A DNA stretch of 64,000 nt. Origin: Clostridia bacterium (GTDB lineage: Bacteria > Bacillota > Clostridia > TANB77 > CAG-508). Of the stretch, positions 28,581-39,229 are shown piece by piece. The notes below the pieces were generated by a model. The model worked only from the letters and a program-made list of their open reading frames with translations, did no database searches and was not told the origin of the DNA. How positions within the stretch are numbered: the first letter of the stretch is position 1; each line of letters starts with the position of its first letter. Location: NCBI GenBank assembly GCA_017533795.1, contig JAFWIH010000005.1:6690-70689 (forward strand), in the 5' to 3' direction. The position numbers and the translations under genes are program-made.

Positions 28581-28619
28581 AAAAAACAACCTGAAATTAA
28601 TAGATTTCAGGTTGTTTTT
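28581..28619. terminator. Bidirectional terminator (phosphorylase / tRNA-Pro)
   Basis: AAAAAACAACCTGAAAT…ATTTCAGGTTGTTTTT. Confidence 0.85.
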
Positions 28620-28620
28620 A

Positions 28621-28696
28621 TGGTCGAGGCGACAGGGATCGAACCTGCGACCTCATGGTCCCAAACCACGCGCGCTACCAACTGCGCTACGCCTCG
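28621..28696 (-). tRNA. tRNA-Pro(TGG)
   Basis: Reverse complement CGAGGCGTAGCGCAGTTGGTAGCGCGCGTGGTTTGGGACCATGAGGTCGCAGGTTCGATCCCTGTCGCCTCGACCA; cloverleaf, encoded CCA. Confidence 0.97.
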
Positions 28697-28824
28697 ATAT
28701 ATAAACTGCTTATATATAATAGCATATTTTAAAAAGATTTGCAATAATTTTTTGAAAAAAAATTTATCTTTTTGTTGTTTTACTATTGAATTATTCAGTA
28801 AATCAATGTATAATAAGAAAGTAC

Positions 28825-28901
<77 letters not shown>

Positions 28902-28988
28902 AGCCAGATAAAGCACAGTAGTGTTAAGAATAACTCTACTTGTGCTTTTTGCTTTTTTACATTTTAAGCTTTATGGAGGTGCATAGAG

Positions 28989-29543
28989 TTGGTTGATACT
29001 TGGGAAGAACTAGAAAAATCAATAGTTAATTGTCAAAAATGTAGGTTGGCCAAAGGAAGAACAAATATAGTATTTGGTATAGGAAACAAAAATGCAGATA
29101 TAATGTTTGTAGGAGAGGGACCTGGAGCAGATGAAGATAGATTAGGAGAGCCATTTATTGGTAAAGCAGGCAAACTTATGAATATGGCATTTGATGCAAT
29201 TGGATTAAAAAGAGAAGATGTATATATTGCAAATATTGTAAAGTGTAGACCACCTTTAAACAGAAATCCTGAATTTGATGAAGCTAGTGCATGTTTAAAT
29301 TACTTGCGTGCTCAAGTAATATTAGTTAAACCTAAAATAATAGTTTTACTTGGGAGTATAGCATTACAGAATATTTTAGGAAAAGAATATAAGATTACTG
29401 CTAGTAGAGGAAAGTGGATAGAACAAAAAGGAATACTGTATATGCCAACATGGCACCCAGCTGCATTACTAAGAGATGAAACTAAAAAAATAGATTTTAT
29501 AAATGATTTAAAAGAAGTGTTAGAGAGGAATAATACAATATGA
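28989..29543 (+). CDS. Uracil-DNA glycosylase family 4 (4Fe-4S)
   Basis: CQKC.L, FVGEGPG..ED..G.PF.G.AG, NIVKCRPP, HPAALLR. Confidence 0.95.
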   Translation: MVDTWEELEKSIVNCQKCRLAKGRTNIVFGIGNKNADIMFVGEGPGADEDRLGEPFIGKAGKLMNMAFDAIGLKREDVYIANIVKCRPPLNRNPEFDEASACLNYLRAQVILVKPKIIVLLGSIALQNILGKEYKITASRGKWIEQKGILYMPTWHPAALLRDETKKIDFINDLKEVLERNNTI

Positions 29544-30295
29544 AGTTAATTTCATGGAATGTAAATGGAATAAGAGCTTGTATAAAAAAAGGTTTTGAAA
29601 ATTTTTTTATTTTAAGTGATGCTGATATTTTTTGCATTCAAGAAACAAAATGCCAAGATGGACAAGTTAATCTTGAATTTGAAGGGTATCATAGCTTTTG
29701 GAATAGTGCAGAGAAAAAAGGATATTCTGGAACTGCAATTTTTACTAAGAAAAAGCCATTAAGTGTTAGCTACGGTATAGGAATTGATGAACATGATAAA
29801 GAAGGAAGAGTTATAACACTTGAATTTGAAAAGTTTTATATGGTAAACATATATACTCCAAATTCTAAAAGAGAACTGGAAAGATTAGATTATAGAATGA
29901 TATGGGAAGATGAAATTAGAAAATATTTAACAAATTTAAACCAAACAAAACCAGTTATAGTATGTGGAGACTTAAATGTTGCGCATGAGGAAATAGACTT
30001 AAAAAATCCAAAGACAAATAGAAAAAATGCAGGGTTTACAGATGAAGAAAGAAATAAGATGACTCAACTTTTAAATTCTGGATTTACAGATACATTTAGA
30101 TATTTATATCCTAAAAAAGAAAATGCATATAGCTGGTGGTCATATATGGGGAGAGCAAGAGAAAAGAATATTGGCTGGAGAATAGATTATTTTATAGTTT
30201 CTAATGATATAAATAAAAAAATAAATGATGCAAAAATATACCCAGAAGTAATGGGAAGTGATCATTGCCCAGTAGGACTTGAAATAAAATTATAA
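29540..30295 (+). CDS. xth: Exodeoxyribonuclease III / AP endonuclease
   Basis: SWNVNGIRA, QETK, GDLNVAH, GWRIDYF, GSDHCP. Confidence 0.96.
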   Translation: MKLISWNVNGIRACIKKGFENFFILSDADIFCIQETKCQDGQVNLEFEGYHSFWNSAEKKGYSGTAIFTKKKPLSVSYGIGIDEHDKEGRVITLEFEKFYMVNIYTPNSKRELERLDYRMIWEDEIRKYLTNLNQTKPVIVCGDLNVAHEEIDLKNPKTNRKNAGFTDEERNKMTQLLNSGFTDTFRYLYPKKENAYSWWSYMGRAREKNIGWRIDYFIVSNDINKKINDAKIYPEVMGSDHCPVGLEIKL

Positions 30296-30317
30296 ATTAT
30301 TATTGGAGGAAGTAGAA

Positions 30318-31460
30318 ATGAATGAAGTAAAAAGACATTGGACAAAATGGTTATATTGGTTTGTATTTGCAGTTGCTGTTATTGCCGTATACAAAACTTT
30401 AGACAGCTTTGGAGAAATATTAGATTTTATAAAAAAATTTTTAGAAATACTAGCGCCATTTTTAGCAGGAACATTAATTGCATATCTTTTTTATATTCCA
30501 TCTAGAAATATAGAGGGATGGATAAGAAAATGTAAAGTAAATATCATAACTAATAAGGCAAGAGGATTAAGTATATTTGTTGTATATGTAATAGCACTAA
30601 TACTTATAATAATTACTGTAAATGTGATATTACCTGTTATACTAAATAGCGTTATGGACTTAACAAGCAACTTACAAGGATATTATACTAAAGCAGTTGA
30701 AAAGCTAAACACATTACCTGAAAATTCACCTCTTAGAGGAGATGTATTAACAGGAGCAGTTGATTCACTAAGAAACATAGACTTAACACAGTATATTAAT
30801 GCTAGTGATATAACTAATTACGCTAAAGGAATACTAAGTGTGGCAAATTCAATATTTAATATTTTTGTTGCATTAGTTGTTTCAATTTATATTTTAGCAG
30901 AAAGAAAAGAAATATTAATTTTTATAAAAAAAGTTTCAGCTGCAATGTTTAATCAAAAAATATCTAGAAATTTGGGAAAATACTTTAATAGTACTAATCA
31001 AATATTTTTTAGATTTTTAGCAAGTCAGTTATTAGATGCTATAGTTGTTGGAATACTAATTACAATTGGGTTTAGCATAATGGGAATTAAATATGCTCCT
31101 TTACTTGGATTTATAATTGGTTTATTTAATATGATTCCATATTTTGGATCAATAATTGCAATAGCAATAAGTAGTTTAATTACTTTGATATCAGGTGGTT
31201 TATCACAAATGATATGGATGATAATTGTATCAGTTGTTATTCAACAGGTTGATGCAAATATCATTAATCCGAAAATACTTGGTAATTCATTAAAGGTAAG
31301 CCCACTAATTATAATAGCAGCTGTAACTATTGGCGGAGCATATTTTGGAGTTGTAGGAATGTTTTTAGCTGTTCCTGTTGCAGCAGCTCTAAAAATTGTT
31401 ATTATGGATTATATTGATTATAGATTAAGACAAAAAAAAGCAAAAAAAGAAACAGTTTAA
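30318..31460 (+). CDS. AI-2E family transporter
   Basis: Multi-TM; NMIPYFG, QQVDANIINPKILG, G..GMFLAVP; ATG 30318 after GGAGG. Confidence 0.9.
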   Translation: MNEVKRHWTKWLYWFVFAVAVIAVYKTLDSFGEILDFIKKFLEILAPFLAGTLIAYLFYIPSRNIEGWIRKCKVNIITNKARGLSIFVVYVIALILIIITVNVILPVILNSVMDLTSNLQGYYTKAVEKLNTLPENSPLRGDVLTGAVDSLRNIDLTQYINASDITNYAKGILSVANSIFNIFVALVVSIYILAERKEILIFIKKVSAAMFNQKISRNLGKYFNSTNQIFFRFLASQLLDAIVVGILITIGFSIMGIKYAPLLGFIIGLFNMIPYFGSIIAIAISSLITLISGGLSQMIWMIIVSVVIQQVDANIINPKILGNSLKVSPLIIIAAVTIGGAYFGVVGMFLAVPVAAALKIVIMDYIDYRLRQKKAKKETV

Positions 31461-32035
31461 ACTGTTTCTTTTCTTTTTAATCTCATTTTTTTTAGTATAA
31501 TAGTTATACAAATGATAAAAATTATAGCAAATATTAGTGCAATTAAACCAAGCCAACCTAAAGTTGAAACTAGTTTACTTCCAGAAGACATTATAATTCC
31601 TGCAAGTACCACACCTAAAGTTGCAGCTAAAATACTTGTCTTAAAATCAAGATTTAAAAAACTTGCGGCTAAAGTACCAGTCCATGCACCAGTTCCTGGA
31701 ATAGGTATTCCAACAAAAAGAAGTAGAGCAATAAAGATTCCGTTGTTTCCTGCTGATTCTTTTAATTTTTTACCACCTTTTTCTCCTTTTTCAATACACC
31801 ACGTGAAAAATTTTTTTGTAAATTTTTTATCTTTACCCCATTCAAGGACTTTTCTTGCAAAAAGATAAATTATTGGAACTGGAAGTAAATTTCCTATAAT
31901 TGCCAATGGATAATATATTCCAATATTTAAATTTAAAGCTTCAGCAATAGGTATTGCACCTCTTAGTTCAATAATAGGTACCATACTAACAACAAATACT
32001 ATTGCGTATTTTATAAATAAAGGTAAACTAGCCAT
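31457..32035 (-). CDS. Small multidrug export family membrane protein (COG2426)
   Basis: SMVPIIELRGAIP, FVGIPIPGTGAWTG; ATG 32035 after AGGAGG (the ORF-track start is too far upstream). Confidence 0.88.
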   Translation of the reverse strand: MASLPLFIKYAIVFVVSMVPIIELRGAIPIAEALNLNIGIYYPLAIIGNLLPVPIIYLFARKVLEWGKDKKFTKKFFTWCIEKGEKGGKKLKESAGNNGIFIALLLFVGIPIPGTGAWTGTLAASFLNLDFKTSILAATLGVVLAGIIMSSGSKLVSTLGWLGLIALIFAIIFIICITIILKKMRLKRKETV

Positions 32036-32179
32036 AAATCCTCCTATAAAAAGAACTAGATAACTGCTAAAGAAGTAATCTAGTTCAATAAACAAAAAAT
32101 ATAAAATATATAAATATTTATATGATATTGTAATTGTAGCAAACAGAAGAAAGGAAGTCAACAAATTTAGTAAAAAAAA

Positions 32180-33682
32180 TTATAAATTATATATTTCTAG
32201 GTTTTTTATTGCAGGATCATATATATTTATACCATTATAGTCAAAACGTGAGCCATGACATGGACAGTCCCACGTTTTATCTATATTATTCCATGACAGA
32301 GTGCATCCAAGATGTGTACAAGTTGGTTTTACAGCATGCATATTGCCAGAGGAGTCTTTATATATACCTATTTTATTGCCATCGATTTCTATAATTTTTC
32401 CATCACCATTTTTTAAATCTTGTATATTACTATCAGGAATTTTAATTTTTTTTACCACAAGAGAAGAAGCTGTCTGTTTTAGCATGTTTTTAACTTCACC
32501 TATGTTTTTAATAGGTTTTAAACGAGTTGAAGTAAAAGCTTTTTCATATTTGTTTTTTATTCCAAGAATATTATCTGTAACTATATTTGCAGCAACATTT
32601 GAAGATGTCATTCCCCATTTATTGAAGCCAGTTCCCACATACATATTTGGCAAAAGACTTGAAAATTCTCCTATATAAGGGACTTTGTCCAGGGTTATAC
32701 AATCACGTGTATTCCATTTATACAACAATTCACAATTTGGATATAATTCTTTTGCTTTTTTCTCTAATAAGGCATAAGTTGAATTATATGATATATTATC
32801 TGCACCTGTTTTGTGATTTCCACCACCAATTAATAGTATGTTTTTATTACCGTCCTTTACAGCCCTAAAAGAATAAGTAGGAGCTTGAGCTGTAATATAC
32901 ATACCATCAAGAAAATCTTCCTTGGTATCAATTCCTATAATATATGAGGTTTCTTGATACATTTTTGTAAAATAGAATCCTGGAAAGTTTATAAAGGGGT
33001 AGTGCGTTGCAAGAACGACATATTTTGATTTTATACAGTGATTAGACGTAATTGTTTTATAATAGTTATCTTCTTTTTTTACATCATATACAAGTGTGTT
33101 GGTAAAAATTTGCCCAGAATTGTTTAAAATACAGTTGCACAAGCCTATCATATATTTTCGTGGATGGAATGATGATTGATTGGGAAACATTATAGCACCA
33201 CATACTTCAAATGGTAAGCTTGTTTTTTCTACGAATTGGCAATTAAAACCTAGAGATTTTACTGCTTGTACTTCTTTTTTTAATATATCTATTTCGTCAT
33301 TATTTGTTGTATAAACATAGTTGCTTTGGTTAATCAAGTCACAATTAATGTTTTCTGTGCTTACAATTTCTTTTATATTCTTTATTGCTTCTTCATTAGC
33401 AAAAAGATATTTTTTAGCAATATCAGTTCCAAAAGACTGAATTAAATAATTATAAATAATGCCATGTTGACTTGTTATTTTTGCAGTAGTATGTCCACTT
33501 ACTTTTTCTCCAATTTCGGATTTATCTAATACAATAACATTAAGGCCTTTCTTAGAAAGATAGTAGGCGGTAGTAAGACCAAAAAGTCCTGCACCAATAA
33601 TACAGACATCACATGATAAGTTTTCAGCAAGAGTAAAAAAGTTTACATCTACTTCAGTACTTTCAATCCAATAAGAATTCAA
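32180..33682 (-). CDS. FAD-dependent oxidoreductase with C-terminal Rieske [2Fe-2S] domain (YhfW-like)
   Basis: IIGAGLFG, SGHTTAKIT, GFNKWGMT; CTHLGC and WDCPCHGSRF. Confidence 0.93.
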   Translation of the reverse strand: MNSYWIESTEVDVNFFTLAENLSCDVCIIGAGLFGLTTAYYLSKKGLNVIVLDKSEIGEKVSGHTTAKITSQHGIIYNYLIQSFGTDIAKKYLFANEEAIKNIKEIVSTENINCDLINQSNYVYTTNNDEIDILKKEVQAVKSLGFNCQFVEKTSLPFEVCGAIMFPNQSSFHPRKYMIGLCNCILNNSGQIFTNTLVYDVKKEDNYYKTITSNHCIKSKYVVLATHYPFINFPGFYFTKMYQETSYIIGIDTKEDFLDGMYITAQAPTYSFRAVKDGNKNILLIGGGNHKTGADNISYNSTYALLEKKAKELYPNCELLYKWNTRDCITLDKVPYIGEFSSLLPNMYVGTGFNKWGMTSSNVAANIVTDNILGIKNKYEKAFTSTRLKPIKNIGEVKNMLKQTASSLVVKKIKIPDSNIQDLKNGDGKIIEIDGNKIGIYKDSSGNMHAVKPTCTHLGCTLSWNNIDKTWDCPCHGSRFDYNGINIYDPAIKNLEIYNL

Positions 33683-33702
33683 GTAATCTCCTCCTTTTTT
33701 AT

Positions 33703-33731
33703 TATTGTTACCAAAAGGAAAAGATAAATAC
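33703..33731 (-). promoter_or_regulatory. Possible forespore SigF/SigG promoter
   Basis: Minus strand GTATT-14 nt-GGTAACAATA ahead of the yhfW-like gene. Confidence 0.45.
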
Positions 33732-33807
33732 AGAATAATTTACCAAAACTATGGAAAAATAATAAATAAAGTGTTATACTTTCTATAGATAGAACGAGGA
33801 GGTTATT

Positions 33808-35205
33808 ATGGAAGAAAATTTAAAAGAAAAACTTATGATGAAAAAAGAAAAAGGCTGGCTAAGTGTAAACGATGAAGAAAGAGAAAAAATATTTAGATTT
33901 AGTGATGGTTATATTAACTATTTAAATATTGCAAAAACTGAAAGAGAAGCAGTAGCACATGTTAGAAAAGTTGCAGAAGAGCATGGTTACAGAGATGTAA
34001 ATACAGTAGAAAAATTAGAACCTGGAGACAAAGTTTATTATATAAACAGAGAAAAAAGTGTTTATTTGGCAATTATAGGAACAGAGAAAATGGAAAATGG
34101 ACTTCACATTATTGGCTCACATATAGATTCACCAAGACTAGACCTAAAACCAACACCATTATATGAAGATACAGAGTTTGCATACTTTAAGACACATTAT
34201 TATGGTGGTGTAAAAAAATATCAATGGACAACAATTCCATTAAGCATCCACGGAGTTATAGTAAAACCAAATGGGGAAAAAATTACAGTAAATATTGGTG
34301 AAGATGAAAGCGATCCAATTTTTACAATTACAGATTTATTGCCACACTTAGCACAAGACCAAATGAAAAAAACATTAGCACAAGGAATAGAGGCTGAAAA
34401 CTTAAATCTATTAGTTGGAAGTATCCCATATAATGATAAAGATTGTTCAGAAAAAGTTAAGCTTAATTTATTAAATATATTAAATCAAAAATATGGAATA
34501 ACAGAATCAGATTTTCAAAGTAGTGAACTAGAATTAGTTCCAGCATTTAAGGCAAGAACGTTAGGGTTCGATTGGGGGATGGTAGCAGGATATGGACAAG
34601 ACGATAGTGCATGTGCATATACATCATTTACAGCAATGATGGAATTAGAAAATGTAAAAAATACAGCTGTTTGTATTTTGTCTGACAAAGAAGAAATAGG
34701 TAGTATGGGAAATACAGGCATGGAATCTCATGTGTTTGATTATTTCATTTCTGAATTACTTAATAAAACTGGAGAAAATAGACCTAATCTTTTAGACAAA
34801 GTTTTTTGTTATTCTAAAATGCTATCATCAGATGTTGATGCCGGAGTAGATCCGATTTATGCTGGAGTTCATGATAAAACAAACAATTCTTTTGTAGGAA
34901 ATGGTATAGCAATGGCAAAATATACCGGAGCAAGAGGAAAATCTGGTGCTTCTGATGCAAATGCAGAATATGTTGCATGGATGAGAAATATGTTAGAAAC
35001 AAACAACATTAAATATCAAGTAGCAGAGATGGGAAAGGTAGATGTTGGTGGAGGCGGAACTATTGCATATATCCTAGCAAATAAAGGAGTAGATGTAATA
35101 GACTGCGGTGTACCTGTACTTAGTATGCATTCTCCATATGAAGTTTCAAGTAAATTTGATATATATGAAGCTTATAGAACATATAAAGCATTTTGGCAAG
35201 TATAA
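33808..35205 (+). CDS. apeA: M18 family aminopeptidase
   Basis: KTERE, SHIDSPRLDLKP, HYYGGVKKYQW, GQDD, DKEEIGS, SMHSP. Confidence 0.93.
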   Translation: MEENLKEKLMMKKEKGWLSVNDEEREKIFRFSDGYINYLNIAKTEREAVAHVRKVAEEHGYRDVNTVEKLEPGDKVYYINREKSVYLAIIGTEKMENGLHIIGSHIDSPRLDLKPTPLYEDTEFAYFKTHYYGGVKKYQWTTIPLSIHGVIVKPNGEKITVNIGEDESDPIFTITDLLPHLAQDQMKKTLAQGIEAENLNLLVGSIPYNDKDCSEKVKLNLLNILNQKYGITESDFQSSELELVPAFKARTLGFDWGMVAGYGQDDSACAYTSFTAMMELENVKNTAVCILSDKEEIGSMGNTGMESHVFDYFISELLNKTGENRPNLLDKVFCYSKMLSSDVDAGVDPIYAGVHDKTNNSFVGNGIAMAKYTGARGKSGASDANAEYVAWMRNMLETNNIKYQVAEMGKVDVGGGGTIAYILANKGVDVIDCGVPVLSMHSPYEVSSKFDIYEAYRTYKAFWQV

Positions 35206-35345
35206 TTAGATATAAATATAAAATAGAAATGTTAAAGAAAGTCAACCTTTGTTTGACTTTCTTTTGTTTACATTATAAGCTCTTTTCTTGACAAATTAGG
35301 CTTTTAGAGGTAAAATATTAACGACTATTATAAAAGGAGAAAAAT

Positions 35346-37364
35346 ATGTCAAGTAGTAGAAAAGTTCTTGATAAATTAATATCAAGAACAAAAATATATT
35401 TAATAATAATTTTAATTTTATTAATTGTTTTATGTGCTCTAAATACCAAGTTTATTGTACCATCAATAGTTGTGTATTTAGTTGTTTTGTCATATTCTTA
35501 TTATGCAAATAATAAGAGAAAAAGTGAAATATCAGAACAGTTACAAGATTTAACTTTATCAGTAGATTCAGCAGCAAAAAGCAGCTTAATTAATTCACCA
35601 TTTCCTTTAGTAATACTTGAAACAGATGGCAATATTATTTGGAGGAGTGTTAAATTTACAACTGAATTTGCAAACATAGACATAAACACTCATCTTGAAA
35701 ATCTTGTAGTGGATATAAAAGATGAAATTGAAAAAAGAGAAAACAAAAAAGACAAGTCTATAGTAAGACAGGAAAAGATAGGTAAGAATGAATATAAAAT
35801 TTTAGGTGAATTTGTAAAATCTAAAAATGCAAAAAGAAAACATGAATACATGATAATATTATATTTTTTAGATGTTACGGAGAGCATGAAGTTACAAGAA
35901 GAATATGAAAATTCAAAAAGTTGTGTAGCGATAATTACAGTTGATAATTATGAAGAAACAATGCAAAACATAGATAGTGACAAAAAAATTCAAATTGTTG
36001 CTGAAATAGAAAAACAAATATATGAATGGACAAACGATACAGATGGTATTTTAATAAAATCTGATACAGAAAGAAATTCATATATTTATATATTTGAGCA
36101 AAAATATCTTAATAAAATAAAAGAAGATAAATTTAGTTTGCTTGATACAATAAAAGAAATATATGCAAATGATGTAACAGGTCAATTAACATTAAGTATT
36201 GCAGTATCTAATGATGGAGATACTGACAAAGAAAAATATCAGACAGCGCAAGAAACAATGAATATTGTATTAGGTAGAGGTGGAGATCAGGCAGCAATAA
36301 GGGATAATGGAAATTACTTATTCTATGGAGGACATGTAGAAGAAGTAGAAAAGAGAACAAAGGTTAAAGCTAGAGTTGTAGCACATGCACTAGAGGATTT
36401 AATAAAAGAATCAAAAGATGTATATATAATGGGACATGCAAATCCAGATATTGATGCTATGGGGTCTGCTTTAGGTATTTATAGAATAGTTAAAAATCTA
36501 GACAAAAATGCATACATTATAACAAGTACAGAAGGACTAACCCTTCACAATTTTATGCAAGATATAAGTAAACAAGAAGAATATAAAAATGCATTTATAG
36601 ATAAAGATACAGCAGTATATGATATTACAAAGAATTCATTAGTAGTAATAGTAGACACACATAAAAAAACTATGGTAGAAGCACCAGAAATTTTAGATTT
36701 AACTGATAAAATTGTAATAATAGATCATCATAGAAGAAGTGCAGATTATATAGAAAATAGTATGTTGACATTCCAAGAAGTGTATGCTTCTTCAGCAGCA
36801 GAACTAGTTACTGAGCTAATTCAATATGTAAAAATAAGACCACAATTAACAACAACAGAAGCAGAAAGCTTATATGCTGGAATTATGATGGATACAAAAA
36901 ACTTTACATTTAAAACAGGTGTAAGAACTTTTGAAGCAGCAGCATATTTGAGAAAATGTGGTGTAGATATTATTAGAGTAAAAAAATGGTTCCAAAGTGA
37001 TTTAGAAAGTTTTAATAAAATTGCGGAAATAGTTAAAAATACAGAGGTTATCAGAGATACAATAGGTATAGCAGTTTATGACAAAAAGGATAAAAATGCT
37101 AGTTTAATGTGTGCTAAAGCAGCGGATGAACTTCTTACTATAAGTGATATAACAGCTTCATTTGTAATGGCAGAAATGGGAGATAAAGTAACAATTAGTG
37201 GTCGTTCAATAGGAGACATAAATGTTCAAGTAATACTTGAAAAACTTGGTGGTGGTGGCCATATTACATTAGCAGGAGCTCAAATTGAAGGTGTTACATT
37301 AGAACAAGCTAAAACAATGTTAATAGAAAAAATAAATGAATATTGTGATGAAACTATAGAATAG
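35346..37364 (+). CDS. gdpP: Cyclic-di-AMP phosphodiesterase GdpP
   Basis: 2 TM, degenerate GGDQA, MGH..PD.DA, DHHRR, GGGGH; upstream of rplI-dnaB. Confidence 0.95.
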   Translation: MSSSRKVLDKLISRTKIYLIIILILLIVLCALNTKFIVPSIVVYLVVLSYSYYANNKRKSEISEQLQDLTLSVDSAAKSSLINSPFPLVILETDGNIIWRSVKFTTEFANIDINTHLENLVVDIKDEIEKRENKKDKSIVRQEKIGKNEYKILGEFVKSKNAKRKHEYMIILYFLDVTESMKLQEEYENSKSCVAIITVDNYEETMQNIDSDKKIQIVAEIEKQIYEWTNDTDGILIKSDTERNSYIYIFEQKYLNKIKEDKFSLLDTIKEIYANDVTGQLTLSIAVSNDGDTDKEKYQTAQETMNIVLGRGGDQAAIRDNGNYLFYGGHVEEVEKRTKVKARVVAHALEDLIKESKDVYIMGHANPDIDAMGSALGIYRIVKNLDKNAYIITSTEGLTLHNFMQDISKQEEYKNAFIDKDTAVYDITKNSLVVIVDTHKKTMVEAPEILDLTDKIVIIDHHRRSADYIENSMLTFQEVYASSAAELVTELIQYVKIRPQLTTTEAESLYAGIMMDTKNFTFKTGVRTFEAAAYLRKCGVDIIRVKKWFQSDLESFNKIAEIVKNTEVIRDTIGIAVYDKKDKNASLMCAKAADELLTISDITASFVMAEMGDKVTISGRSIGDINVQVILEKLGGGGHITLAGAQIEGVTLEQAKTMLIEKINEYCDETIE

Positions 37365-37376
37365 GAGTGATTAGCT

Positions 37377-37823
37377 ATGAAAGTAATCTTAAAGGCAGAC
37401 ATAAAAGGTGTTGGAAAAAAGGATGATGTTATAAATGCATCAGATGGATATGCACGTAACTTTTTATTTCCAAAGAACTTAGCAGTAGAAGCAAACAATA
37501 CAAACATGAGCAAATTAAAATCTAAAAATGATGCAAATCAATTTAGAAAAGATCAAGAAAAAGAAGCTGCAAAAGAAATAGCTAAGAAACTAGAACAAAT
37601 ATCTTTAAAAATGCAAGTAAAGGCAGGAGAAAATGGAAAAATATTTGGTGGAGTTTCATCTAAAGAGATAGCTGAATGTTTAGAAAAACAACACAATATA
37701 AAAGTAGACAAAAAGAAAATTAACCTAAAAGAAACAATCAAAACTTTAGGAATAAGAACAATAGAAATAAAATTATATGAAGGTGTAATTGGAAATTTAA
37801 AAGTTGAAGTATTAGGAGAATAA
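37377..37823 (+). CDS. rplI: 50S ribosomal protein L9
   Basis: MKVIL..D.KGVGKK, GYARNFLFP, GKIFGGV. Confidence 0.98.
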   Translation: MKVILKADIKGVGKKDDVINASDGYARNFLFPKNLAVEANNTNMSKLKSKNDANQFRKDQEKEAAKEIAKKLEQISLKMQVKAGENGKIFGGVSSKEIAECLEKQHNIKVDKKKINLKETIKTLGIRTIEIKLYEGVIGNLKVEVLGE

Positions 37824-37825
37824 TT

Positions 37826-39157
37826 ATGGAACTAGGGAAAATACCTCCACATGACTTAGAAGCTGAACAGGCAGTGCTAGGCAGTATGCTAACAGATAAA
37901 GATGCTGTTATAGCAAGTATAGAGACATTAAAACCAGAAAGCTTTTATAGAGAAGATAATAGACTAATATATGAAGCAATGTTAAATTTATACAATAATT
38001 CTGAACCAATAGATATTATTACAATAAAATCTGAATTAGAATCAATTGGAAAATTTGAACAAGTTGGGGGACTAGAGTATTTGGCAAGCCTTCCAGATAA
38101 AGTTCCTACAACTGCTAATGTTCAAAAATATATAAATATAGTAGAAGAAAAAGGCATATTAAGAAATTTAATAAGGACTGCAAATGAAATAATAAATTTA
38201 GGATATGATCCTACAGAAGATGTAGAAGACATAATGGATAATGCTGAAAAGAAAATATTCAATATTATGCAAAATAAGAATCAAAAAGGATATACACCAA
38301 TAAAGGATGTTTTAGTAGAAAGCTTTAACCAATTAGAAGAATTATATAATAGAAAACAACATATAACTGGTGTGCCAACTGGTTTTTCAGAACTAGATTA
38401 TAAAACAGCAGGATTTCATGGATCAGATTTAATATTAATTGCGGCAAGACCTGCAATGGGTAAATCTGCTTTTGCGTTAAACATTGCAACAAATGCAGCA
38501 ACAAAAGCAAACGTTCCAGTAGCAATATTTAGCTTGGAAATGTCTAAAGAACAAATGGTAAACAGAATGTTATGTAGTGAAGCAATGGTAGATAGTAACA
38601 AAGTTAGAACAGGAAAACTTGAAGAAGATGATTGGGTAAAACTTGCAGAAACTATAGGGCCTCTTTCTGAGGCAGAAATATATATAGACGATACTCCTGG
38701 TATTTCAGTTATGGAAATAAGAGCTAAATGTAGAAAACTAAAACTTGAAAAGAACATAGGAATGGTTGTGATAGATTATTTACAACTTGTTCAAGCAAGT
38801 AGTAAAAGATTTGGCAGTCGTGAACAGGAGATTTCTGAAATAAGTAGGTCTTTAAAGGTTTTAGCAAAAGAATTGGATGTACCAGTAATAGCATTATCAC
38901 AATTATCAAGAGCAGTTGAACAAAGACCAGATCATAGACCGATGCTTTCGGACCTTCGTGAATCTGGAGCTATAGAGCAAGATGCTGATATAGTTATGTT
39001 TTTATATAGAGATGATTATTATAATGAAGATAGCGAAAAAAAGGACATTGCAGAAGTTATAATTGCAAAACATAGAGCGGGTTCTACAGGAACTGTAGAA
39101 TTATTGTGGCTTGGAAATTATACCAAATTTGTTAATTTAGAAAAGAGATTTGAATAA
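37826..39157 (+). CDS. dnaB: Replicative DNA helicase
   Basis: AARPAMGKS, FSLEMS, IDYLQL, SDLRESGAIEQDAD. Confidence 0.98.
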   Translation: MELGKIPPHDLEAEQAVLGSMLTDKDAVIASIETLKPESFYREDNRLIYEAMLNLYNNSEPIDIITIKSELESIGKFEQVGGLEYLASLPDKVPTTANVQKYINIVEEKGILRNLIRTANEIINLGYDPTEDVEDIMDNAEKKIFNIMQNKNQKGYTPIKDVLVESFNQLEELYNRKQHITGVPTGFSELDYKTAGFHGSDLILIAARPAMGKSAFALNIATNAATKANVPVAIFSLEMSKEQMVNRMLCSEAMVDSNKVRTGKLEEDDWVKLAETIGPLSEAEIYIDDTPGISVMEIRAKCRKLKLEKNIGMVVIDYLQLVQASSKRFGSREQEISEISRSLKVLAKELDVPVIALSQLSRAVEQRPDHRPMLSDLRESGAIEQDADIVMFLYRDDYYNEDSEKKDIAEVIIAKHRAGSTGTVELLWLGNYTKFVNLEKRFE

Positions 39158-39229
39158 AATTTAAAATACTATTTACAACAGTTTTGTATTTGTGATAGAA
39201 TAAAAATATAACAAAGGAGGAAAATATAT

